A DNA stretch of 64,000 bases, from the IMG/VR virus record IMGVR_UViG_3300028581_000013; one strand, 5' to 3'. Position 1 is the first letter of the stretch. Each line of letters opens with the position of its first letter. The DNA is from a virus. Positions 28,284 through 35,970 of this stretch are shown piece after piece. The notes under the pieces are model-generated. The model saw nothing but the letters and a program-made list of their open reading frames with translations, was not told the origin of the DNA and ran no database searches. Position numbers and translations under genes: made by a program.

Positions 28284-28870
28284 ATATTTTTTATCTAGAT
28301 AATGATCCTGTGAAATGTGCTGAAATGCATGTTGACCGCCATGTTTGCAAAATGGTAATTGAGTATGCTCAGTTGCTCTCTACTGCACACCGTGTGCTTG
28401 ATGGTGAGATGTACTTTGGTAAAACAACCAATAATCGCAATATCAAGCGGTGGCGCCTGCCAGATGAGCGTGAAGAACGATTGATGAAGCCTACGATGAT
28501 GAACCATCCATCAGCCATATGGGTTCGCCAAAGTAAGGCCAACTATACTTGGCTCTATAATATGTGGTGTGAACTACTTAAAGAGTTTACATATCGTTAT
28601 GGTAAAGTTCATGCCACGGCACGATTGATACCTGACTTGGCTCGTGTACCAGATAATTGTCCAGTTGGTTCGTTTACTGGTCCTACACCTGCCATGCCGG
28701 ATGACTGTAAAGTACCAGGTAATTCATTGCAATCTTATCATAACTATTATCGTATGAATAAATCACACCTTTGGTCATGGAAAGGTAAGATAAATAAGAG
28801 AGAAGTACCGGTCTTTATGAAAGAATGGTTCCGAAAAATGAATGAATCACTTGCCCATGAGTATAGTTAA
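28280..28870 (+). CDS. Pyrimidine-dimer DNA glycosylase-family (DenV-like) protein
   Basis: MNIFYLD..CA..H.D.HV.KM..EYAQLLSTAH, NHPSAIW, E.TYRYGK.H. Confidence 0.8.
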   Translation: MNIFYLDNDPVKCAEMHVDRHVCKMVIEYAQLLSTAHRVLDGEMYFGKTTNNRNIKRWRLPDEREERLMKPTMMNHPSAIWVRQSKANYTWLYNMWCELLKEFTYRYGKVHATARLIPDLARVPDNCPVGSFTGPTPAMPDDCKVPGNSLQSYHNYYRMNKSHLWSWKGKINKREVPVFMKEWFRKMNESLAHEYS

Positions 28871-29151
28871 TGCCAACCTATGATTTTTTGAATAAACAAA
28901 CCAATCAAGTCGAAGAACACCGTATGTCTTACACGGTGCTAGACGAATTCAAACAAAATAATCCCCATTTAGAATTACATATATCTGCAGATAATCTACC
29001 AGTATTTTCGGATGCTGGTCGTATGTCTGTTCCTGGTACCAAAACTGCTGATGCTGCCTTTGAACGAGGCGTAATACAAAGAATCAAAGATACGGTACCC
29101 GGAAATACTTTACACAAATCACACAAAACGAAGATGCCTAGAGAATGGTAA
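28870..29151 (+). CDS. FmdB-like small regulatory protein lacking the cysteines
   Basis: MPTYDF N-terminus. Confidence 0.55.
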   Translation: MPTYDFLNKQTNQVEEHRMSYTVLDEFKQNNPHLELHISADNLPVFSDAGRMSVPGTKTADAAFERGVIQRIKDTVPGNTLHKSHKTKMPREW

Positions 29152-29438
29152 TAGTGAACAACCAACTCCCTTACTTACTTAACATCAGGAGGTCAGATAA
29201 TGGCAAAGTTAATCCTGTAGAAAAAACTCATAAAATTCCCAAGTATAATAAAGATAATAACAGGAGTTTAGATGAGCAAAAAAAGAATGATGTCAAAGCA
29301 GCAGCGGTTATATTACGAACAAAACAAAAAAGAAAGAGTTAGAGAAGAACTTGTCGAATATATAAAAGACAAGCATTTAATAGAAAAAAATAAACCTGAT
29401 GACGGATTAGCTAAAAATATATTATATTGAGGATTTAA

Positions 29439-30038
29439 ATGAATAAGAATGTGCAGTTTGATGATTTCGTAGGCATATACGATGGTTTCTACAGTAGCGA
29501 ATACTGTAAAGCGATGATTGATTACTTTGAAGAACTTGATGCTATGGGAAAAACATGGCAAAGAGATTACACAACTGAAACTTTTAAATCTGATACATCA
29601 ACATCATTACTTGATCCTAAAACTATTTCATTTTCTAGAGATAATCTAGGTGATCATTTTGAAACATTCACAAACACCTTTTGGCAAGAGTGTTATCCTT
29701 TATACGCCAAAGAATTCTCCGTAATTAAAAATATGCCACAACAAATGATCTACACTATAAAAGTGCAGAGAACAAAACCAACAGAAGGTTATCATATTTG
29801 GCATTGTGAGAATGGCAGCCGTGATATGAATGCTCGATTAGGAGTTTTCTTATTATATTTGAATTCGATTAATAAGGGTGGTGAAACTGAATTTTTATAC
29901 ACAGGCCAAAGAATCGATCCAGTAGAAGGTCGATTAGTAGTATGGCCATCAGCCTATACACATACACACCGTGGTAACCCACCACTTGGTGGACAAACCA
30001 AGTATGTTATTACTGGTTGGATTGAGTTTGTGAATTAA
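29439..30038 (+). CDS. 2OG-Fe(II) oxygenase
   Basis: GYHIWHCE, YLN...GGETEF, THTHRGNPP, KY..TGW. Confidence 0.9.
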   Translation: MNKNVQFDDFVGIYDGFYSSEYCKAMIDYFEELDAMGKTWQRDYTTETFKSDTSTSLLDPKTISFSRDNLGDHFETFTNTFWQECYPLYAKEFSVIKNMPQQMIYTIKVQRTKPTEGYHIWHCENGSRDMNARLGVFLLYLNSINKGGETEFLYTGQRIDPVEGRLVVWPSAYTHTHRGNPPLGGQTKYVITGWIEFVN

Positions 30039-30039
30039 A

Positions 30040-30696
30040 ATGTTTAACTATTGCCCACCAAAAAACCTCGAAGATTTAGAAGCACAAACATTTCCTGATG
30101 GCAGAAGATTCTATCTATTACCAGATGGCACAAAATTACCATCAGTAACAACTGTTCTTGGTGCTCAGAAGAAACAGGCCATCATGGAATGGCGTAAGCG
30201 TGTGGGTGAAGATGTTGCCAATGCAATCACAAAGAAAGCAACCTCTCGTGGTACAGCAGTTCACGTTTTATGTGAAGATTATCTAAACAATAAAGTGGTT
30301 GAACCTGGTGTTAAACTAGATGCCTATGAGATGTTTTTATCAATCAAACCATTTCTCAATCGAATTAACAATATACACTATCAAGAACAGGCACTATGGT
30401 CTAAACAATTAGGCATGGCAGGTCGTGTTGATTGTATTGGTGAGTTTGATGGTGAATTATCTGTGATTGATTTCAAAACATCAAAGAATATAAAAACAAG
30501 AGATGATATCAAAGAATACTTTTGGCAAACTGCGGCATATGCATTGATGTATGAAGATATGATTGATACACCAATTAATAATACTGTAATTATTATGGCA
30601 GTAGAGAATGAAAAGCCATTATTATTCCAACAAAAGACGGCTGAATATATAGATGGATTAGTCGAGGCTATAATTTATTACGGAAAACAAAAATGA
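30040..30696 (+). CDS. PD-(D/E)xK exonuclease
   Basis: PSVTTVL, RGTAVH, AGRVDCI, IDFKTS, Q..AYA. Confidence 0.88.
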   Translation: MFNYCPPKNLEDLEAQTFPDGRRFYLLPDGTKLPSVTTVLGAQKKQAIMEWRKRVGEDVANAITKKATSRGTAVHVLCEDYLNNKVVEPGVKLDAYEMFLSIKPFLNRINNIHYQEQALWSKQLGMAGRVDCIGEFDGELSVIDFKTSKNIKTRDDIKEYFWQTAAYALMYEDMIDTPINNTVIIMAVENEKPLLFQQKTAEYIDGLVEAIIYYGKQK

Positions 30697-31127
30697 AAAA
30701 ACTATTACTCTCATTATTATTTGTACCAATGTTGGCTTTTGCACAACAACAAAAAACTGGTGTAACATACAATGCAACACTCACTAGAGTTATTGATGGT
30801 GATACTGTGGCATTTCAAGCGTTATGGTTACCAGAACCATTAAAGAAAGAATTATCAATTCGTGTATTTGGTGTTGATACACCAGAAAAAGGCCATCGTG
30901 CTCAATGTCCGTCAGAAGATGCACGAGGACAAGCGGCCACAGCATTTACCAAGAAAATGGTAGAACAGGCCACAACTCGGCAAGTGGTATTAATGAGTTG
31001 GGACAAGTATGGTGGTCGTGTCCTAGGTGATGTATTACTGAATGGTCAATCGTTGCGTTCCATGTTGATCCAACAAGGATATGCACGGGAATACTATGGT
31101 GAGGCCAAGACCAGTTGGTGTCCATAA
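30693..31127 (+). CDS. Thermonuclease (SNase) with signal peptide
   Basis: VIDGDT, IRVFGVDTPE, DKYGGRVLG; N-terminal MKKLLLSLLFVPMLAFA. Confidence 0.9.
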   Translation: MKKLLLSLLFVPMLAFAQQQKTGVTYNATLTRVIDGDTVAFQALWLPEPLKKELSIRVFGVDTPEKGHRAQCPSEDARGQAATAFTKKMVEQATTRQVVLMSWDKYGGRVLGDVLLNGQSLRSMLIQQGYAREYYGEAKTSWCP

Positions 31128-31204
31128 AGTTGGTATGTTTCCTATTTCATAATATAAAATAGGTGGTAGGACGGGACTTTTTGTGGTAATAATGAACAAA
31201 TCGC

Positions 31205-31233
31205 TTGCCTATATAAGTATAAACACTTATAAT
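31205..31233 (+). promoter_or_regulatory. Dual promoter (sigma70 with embedded late-type TATAAGTA)
   Basis: TTGCCT-17-TATAAT; TATAAGTA at 31212-31219. Confidence 0.6.
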
Positions 31234-31241
31234 AGGACACT

Positions 31242-31367
31242 ATGAACAAATATTGGAAAAAACTCTGCACACCCGAGCAAAACGAAAGACAGTACGGGGC
31301 TTTAAAATTTTTGGCTGGTGGTCTAAGTTTTCTTTTTGTTATTTGGTTACTAGAAAGGATACTGTAA
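31242..31367 (+). CDS. 41-aa single-TM microprotein
   Basis: AGGA RBS; MNKYWKKLCTPEQNERQYGALKFLAGGLSFLFVIWLLERIL. Confidence 0.6.
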   Translation: MNKYWKKLCTPEQNERQYGALKFLAGGLSFLFVIWLLERIL

Positions 31368-31477
31368 TGCCTAGCAAAGAATGTGTAAGACAAGTTAAAG
31401 TAAAAAGTTTTGCATTTTACACCGGTGCCTGTGCTTTTGCATTGGGTGTAATTACAATGCTTTTTGTGTTGAAGTAA
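31367..31477 (+). CDS. 36-aa single-TM microprotein
   Basis: TAATG-coupled; MPSKECVRQVKVKSFAFYTGACAFALGVITMLFVLK. Confidence 0.6.
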   Translation: MPSKECVRQVKVKSFAFYTGACAFALGVITMLFVLK

Positions 31478-31654
31478 TTCGTAGAAGTTGTTTAAAGGAA
31501 GATTCTATGAAAGTTAAAGAGTTAATTAAAAAACTATATGAAGCTGAAGTTCATCATAATGTTGAAAAGGTTAAAAAACTTTGGCTTAAGTTACTGAAAA
31601 AATCTTTGAAACATAAGCATACTGAAGCTGTAAAGTAATTCGTAGAAGTTGTTT
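31472..31654 (+). repeat. 22-bp perfect direct repeat flanking a micro-ORF
   Basis: AAGTAATTCGTAGAAGTTGTTT at 31472-31493 and 31633-31654. Confidence 0.9.
31507..31638 (+). CDS. 43-aa basic helical microprotein
   Basis: AAAGGA RBS; MKVKELIKKLYEAEVHHNVEKVKKLWLKLLKKSLKHKHTEAVK. Confidence 0.6.
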   Translation: MKVKELIKKLYEAEVHHNVEKVKKLWLKLLKKSLKHKHTEAVK

Positions 31655-31930
31655 GAAAGTTGTTGTGGACGTGGGTGCGATTCCCACCACCTCCACCAAA
31701 AGTATATTAACGAACCGAGTTTCCGGTAGCAAACACACATTATAGTTGTGGTAATATACTTCTGATGGGGGTGCCTAGATTCGACATGGCAATAATTAGA
31801 ACAATGGAGAATCGCCAGAGAAGGCGTAATCACTAATTGAATTAAACGCAAACGATAATATGTATGCACTTGCTGCCTAACAGGTAAGCGGAGTTTCGCC
31901 AGGTGAACTTAGCAACAGAATCACCTGGAT
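31640..31930 (+). ncRNA. ssrA: Circularly permuted two-piece tmRNA; tag ANDNMYALAA
   Basis: 3' acceptor CACCTCC-A-CCA (31688-31698) precedes 5' GGGGGTG (31767-31773) with G3.U70; TTCGAC; tag ORF 31848-31880; ends approximate. Confidence 0.93.
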
Positions 31931-31994
31931 AAATAAATCACCAGCATCACACAAACCGCTGGTAATACACATAAACACACACAAGGAGAAGTAA

Positions 31995-32273
31995 ATGAGT
32001 ATGACACCCTATGAGATACGGCTAGAACTCTTAAAAATGGCCAAAGAAATGCTCACCGATGACTATTATGGCAAGCGTGAAGTTATTTCAAACGAGTGGA
32101 CAACCAAGGTAGAAGAATCCAAGATTAACGGAACTCCTTCACCACAACACCCAGGTTTTCCACCATTTCCCTCCGAAGAAGAAATCATTAAAAAAGCAGA
32201 GATGCTCAATGGTTTCGTTTCGCAAACCCCTCCACAACCTGAAGTAAAAATTACAAAGAAAACGAATTCGTAA
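31995..32273 (+). CDS. Conserved T4-like hypothetical protein
   Basis: MTPYEIRLELLKMAK...II.KA..LN.FVS. Confidence 0.75.
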   Translation: MSMTPYEIRLELLKMAKEMLTDDYYGKREVISNEWTTKVEESKINGTPSPQHPGFPPFPSEEEIIKKAEMLNGFVSQTPPQPEVKITKKTNS

Positions 32274-32326
32274 TTGGAGACCAAGGCGGTCAGATGTTTG
32301 GCCGCCGCAATCAATAAGGAAGAAAG

Positions 32327-32869
32327 ATGTTTAAATTTAACACACAGAAGTTTAACACATTAGCAGTAATATTAGCTGTATTAACAATAGTATATACAGC
32401 ACCAACTCTATCGAGAGAGTTTATTACAAATACAACACAAAAACAAGTATCAGCGGATTATTTAAAACAAGTTGAATGCCTCGCCAAAAATATTTACTAT
32501 GAGTCCGCAGGTGAATCTTATGAGGGTAAATTGGCCGTAGCACAGGTCACAATGAATCGTGTTAAGAGTGGTCAATTTCCTACAGACATATGCGCTGTTG
32601 TTTATCAAAAAACAACGGATCAAAATTTAAGAACCGTATGCCAATTTTCATGGACTTGTATGGTCAAAGAAATGGTACATGGACAGGATCGGTATAGATG
32701 GGAAGAATCTCTACTAATTGCAAAAAGAGCATTGACAGTTTCAGTTTTACATGATAAAATAGCAGAAACAAACGCATTGTATTACCATGCAGTTTATGTA
32801 AATCCTGGCTGGAATAAACAAAAGGTTGTAACGAAAATAGGTAATCATATATTTTACAGTAGAATTTAA
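32327..32869 (+). CDS. SleB-like cell wall hydrolase with N-terminal TM/signal
   Basis: CLAKNIYYESAGE, AVAQVTMNRV, CQFSW, YYHA.YVNP.W, IGNHIFY. Confidence 0.9.
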   Translation: MFKFNTQKFNTLAVILAVLTIVYTAPTLSREFITNTTQKQVSADYLKQVECLAKNIYYESAGESYEGKLAVAQVTMNRVKSGQFPTDICAVVYQKTTDQNLRTVCQFSWTCMVKEMVHGQDRYRWEESLLIAKRALTVSVLHDKIAETNALYYHAVYVNPGWNKQKVVTKIGNHIFYSRI

Positions 32870-32872
32870 ATT

Positions 32873-33094
32873 ATGCCTAATCGTGAAGAAATTAAAAAAT
32901 TTAGTATGATGATTGAACAAATGGTAACAGATAAACGAATAGGTTATATGGACGCTATCTGTCACCATTGTAAAGAAACTGGTTTAGAAGTTGAAGTGGC
33001 TGCCACCTTAATCTCATCCGCTCTGAAAGCAAAGATTAAAGAAGAGGCACAAGATAACAATATGTTGAAGAAAAGTTCTAAACTGCCTATATGA
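32873..33094 (+). CDS. gp33: Late transcription coactivator gp33
   Basis: FS..IE, YMDAI, LI...LK.KI..EA...N.L; synteny with gp59 and gp32. Confidence 0.85.
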   Translation: MPNREEIKKFSMMIEQMVTDKRIGYMDAICHHCKETGLEVEVAATLISSALKAKIKEEAQDNNMLKKSSKLPI

Positions 33095-33690
33095 AAAGAA
33101 TGTTGTGTAAGATACCACACATAATTCATATAGAAAACTTTTTAACAAATGATGAATGTGATGATATCACCAAAGCCGGTGATCCTTTACTGACGGATTC
33201 AAATGTCGTAAATGTTGATACTGGTTTCAATGAAAAGATGGACAGTTTTAGAATTAGTAAAGACTGTTGGTTTGATCATGGTAATCCTCTAGTAGTAAAT
33301 CTCCACGATAAAATAGAAAAAGAAATAGGTATCAGTAAGAAAAGATTTGAAGCCTTAACAATGCTTCGTTATGATATTGGTGGTCGTTATGTACCACATT
33401 GGGATTACTTTGAAGATGTGATACCAACATATAATGATATTGTTGCTGGTGTTGGTAATAGAGTAGGCACAGTTATTGTTTACCTCAATGATGTTGAAGA
33501 AGGTGGTCAAACCACATTCACAAAATTAAATCTATCGGTTGACCCCAAAAAAGGAAGTATGTTATACTTTCGATATGATTACAAAAATAAAAATGATAAC
33601 ATAAACACAATGCATTCAGGTGAACCGGTGATAAAAGGTCACAAATATATTGTAACAACTTGGATTAGGGAACTTCCGTTTTCATTATGA
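33091..33690 (+). CDS. Prolyl-4-hydroxylase-like 2OG-Fe(II) oxygenase
   Basis: Y.PHWD, R..T...YLNDVEEGG.T.F, HSGEPV.KG.K. Confidence 0.9.
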   Translation: MKRMLCKIPHIIHIENFLTNDECDDITKAGDPLLTDSNVVNVDTGFNEKMDSFRISKDCWFDHGNPLVVNLHDKIEKEIGISKKRFEALTMLRYDIGGRYVPHWDYFEDVIPTYNDIVAGVGNRVGTVIVYLNDVEEGGQTTFTKLNLSVDPKKGSMLYFRYDYKNKNDNINTMHSGEPVIKGHKYIVTTWIRELPFSL

Positions 33691-34295
33691 TTGAGAATTC
33701 AGGCTTTGCTGCGTTTGCGATGTTTCATGCAATGAAATTGCATTTTACATCCGACAGTTATGATTACATCAAATACAATGGTAAGACCAATGTTACCAAA
33801 ACAACATTCTCTACCAGAAAAGACAAATATTCATTCTACCGATTATCTCGTAAATTTGGATTGACAGAATTAAAAGATTATTATATTGCCAATTTTTTGG
33901 TAGATGATGTTCAATGGGTTGGTGATATATTAGGACCAGAATCCGAAGAAAATTACAAAAAGTGGCAGAAAAGAATACAAAGCTTGACTTATACCTTTGA
34001 AAATGATATAATTGTATTATTGAATAAAGTAGAGAATCCAAATGATTTATTGGTGGTAAGAAGCAATGAATTTCCTAAGTTGATGCAATATACTACACAA
34101 GGAGATGTAACACTTGAAACACTTATCATTTTGAACGACCTAATGAATTTTTTCCCAATGTGGGAAAAAGAAATATATGATGATATTGTTTGGCCTAATT
34201 TTAAAACCAAATGTGTGAAGTATAAACCATTTCTACATTATGATAAAGAAAAGTTCAAACAAATTTTGAAAGAAAAGATTAAAGAATATGCATAA
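33687..34295 (+). CDS. gp59: Helicase loader gp59
   Basis: KLHFT..YDY.KYNGK, RKDKY.F..LS, LETL.IL. Confidence 0.9.
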   Translation: MIENSGFAAFAMFHAMKLHFTSDSYDYIKYNGKTNVTKTTFSTRKDKYSFYRLSRKFGLTELKDYYIANFLVDDVQWVGDILGPESEENYKKWQKRIQSLTYTFENDIIVLLNKVENPNDLLVVRSNEFPKLMQYTTQGDVTLETLIILNDLMNFFPMWEKEIYDDIVWPNFKTKCVKYKPFLHYDKEKFKQILKEKIKEYA

Positions 34296-34773
34296 GATTA
34301 CCAAGATTTACTTAGACATGGATGGTGTGATTGCAGATTTCAATAGACGATACAAAGAATTGTATAAGATTGAACCAAAAGAAGCAGACACATATAAAAC
34401 CTTTGATAAGTTTTTCACCATGTTCATTGCTGACAGACAATTTGCCAAATTGGATTTAATGCCTGATGCCATGGAGTTAATTAACTATCTCAGGTCATTG
34501 CCAATACCAACGGAAATTCTATCTTCAACATCATCTGAAAAGCGTGATGCAGAGATTAGAGAACAAAAGATTGATTGGTTGAATAAACACAACCTTGAGT
34601 TTCCCGTTAACTTGGTACCAGGTAAAAGATTAAAGAGAACTTTCTCTAATGTAAATTCGCTATTGATTGATGATACCTCACAGAATATCGATCAATGGCG
34701 AGTAGAGGGTGGTATTGGTATACTTCACACAGACACCATTACTACCATCGGTATTTTGAAAATGTATGCTTGA
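34288..34773 (+). CDS. HAD-family 5'(3')-deoxyribonucleotidase
   Basis: YLDMDGVIADF, LIDD..NI..W...GG.GI. Confidence 0.85.
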   Translation: MHKITKIYLDMDGVIADFNRRYKELYKIEPKEADTYKTFDKFFTMFIADRQFAKLDLMPDAMELINYLRSLPIPTEILSSTSSEKRDAEIREQKIDWLNKHNLEFPVNLVPGKRLKRTFSNVNSLLIDDTSQNIDQWRVEGGIGILHTDTITTIGILKMYA

Positions 34774-34798
34774 CATTGGATAAATATTCTTATATAAT
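34770..34798 (+). promoter_or_regulatory. Dual promoter for gp32 (sigma70 plus late ATAAATA)
   Basis: TTGACA-17-TATAAT with ATAAATA in the spacer. Confidence 0.8.
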
Positions 34799-34864
34799 GA
34801 ATAATGTGGATAAGTCGTTTTAATAATACACCGTTAATACTCCGTTTATACGAAAGGAAATACT

Positions 34865-35749
34865 ATGAGTTTTGCTAATCTCAAACGCCAATCTGGCAAC
34901 CTCGACAAACTATCTAAAGCAATCGAGGCTCTCAATACTTCAACCGAAGGCTCTGATAAACCTGATAATTTTTGGAAATGTGAAGTGGACAAAGCTGGCA
35001 ACGGCATGGCTACGATTCGCTTTCTGCCTGCTTCTGCAGCGGATGGTGAAGATGGTTTACCATGGGTCAAAATCTTCTCACATGGATTTCAAGGTCCAGG
35101 TGGATGGTTGATTGATAATTGCTTGACAACCAAAGACCAAAAATGTCCAGTTTGTGAACACAATTCTGCATTATGGAATTCTGGTATAGAAGCGAATAAA
35201 GACATTGTTCGCAAACAGAAACGTAAACTAAATTACATTGCAAACGTTTATATTGTATCCGACCCAAAACATCCTGAAAATGAAGGTCAGGTCAAATTGT
35301 TTAAGTTTGGTAAAAAGATTTTTGATAAGATTACTGAGGCCATGAATCCTCAATTTGAAGATGAAACACCAATCAATCCATTTGATTTATGGAAAGGTGC
35401 TAACTTTAAATTAAAAATTCGTAAAGTTGAAGGTTATCAGAACTATGACAAATCTGAATTCGAATCACCATCTGCATTATTGAGTGATGATGAAGAATTG
35501 GAAAAGATTTGGAAGTCTGAATACTCTTTGACCGAAATGATTGCTGATAAAGAATTCAAATCATACGATACTTTAAAACAACGCCTTGATAAAGTTCTAG
35601 GTCTCAATGGTGAAGCACCAAAGACAACTGTAGAACAAGTGAAAGCTGCTAATGTTGGTAAGAAAACAGTAGCAGAAGATTCACCTTTCAAGGATGATTT
35701 AGAAGATGATGATATGGCTTATTTCAGTAAGCTTGCTGAAGAAAATTAA
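34865..35749 (+). CDS. gp32: Single-stranded DNA-binding protein gp32
   Basis: MSFANLK, GNG.A.IRFLP, H-C-CxxC zinc site, GKKIFDKI, NYDKSEF, acidic tail. Confidence 0.96.
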   Translation: MSFANLKRQSGNLDKLSKAIEALNTSTEGSDKPDNFWKCEVDKAGNGMATIRFLPASAADGEDGLPWVKIFSHGFQGPGGWLIDNCLTTKDQKCPVCEHNSALWNSGIEANKDIVRKQKRKLNYIANVYIVSDPKHPENEGQVKLFKFGKKIFDKITEAMNPQFEDETPINPFDLWKGANFKLKIRKVEGYQNYDKSEFESPSALLSDDEELEKIWKSEYSLTEMIADKEFKSYDTLKQRLDKVLGLNGEAPKTTVEQVKAANVGKKTVAEDSPFKDDLEDDDMAYFSKLAEEN

Positions 35750-35795
35750 TGATGGGTTGTTTGTGAATTTTTAACTTTGATTGAAAGGAAATAAA

Positions 35796-35924
35796 ATGAA
35801 GTATCTCGTATCTCTACTCGCAGCAGCATTTGCAGTAACCGCCTTTGCTCAAGCTCCTAAGAAGGAAGAGCCAAAGAAGGAAGCTCCTAAAGCAGAAGTT
35901 AAGAAAGACGAAAAGAAGAAGTAA
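35796..35924 (+). CDS. 42-aa secreted Lys/Glu-rich peptide
   Basis: AAAGGA RBS; MKYLVSLLAAAFAVTAFA-QAPKKEEPKKEAPKAEVKKDEKKK; not in ORF track. Confidence 0.8.
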   Translation: MKYLVSLLAAAFAVTAFAQAPKKEEPKKEAPKAEVKKDEKKK

Positions 35925-35937
35925 TCTTTTCTTACTT

Positions 35938-35970
35938 AAAAGAAACCCCGCTTAGGCGGGGTTTTTTATT
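35938..35970. terminator. Bidirectional intrinsic terminator
   Basis: AAACCCCGC-TTAG-GCGGGGTTT flanked by A and T tracts between convergent operons. Confidence 0.92.

Noticed and set aside
30040-30696. Cas4 or CRISPR association
   Set aside because: It lacks the four Fe-S cysteines and there is no array or other cas gene; it is a common phage exonuclease.
31253-31477. 74-aa ORF from the track
   Set aside because: Better explained by two coupled ORFs (31242-31367 and 31367-31477) with an RBS and a TAATG overlap.
31591-31869. Minus-strand 92-aa ORF
   Set aside because: It is the antisense shadow of the tmRNA.
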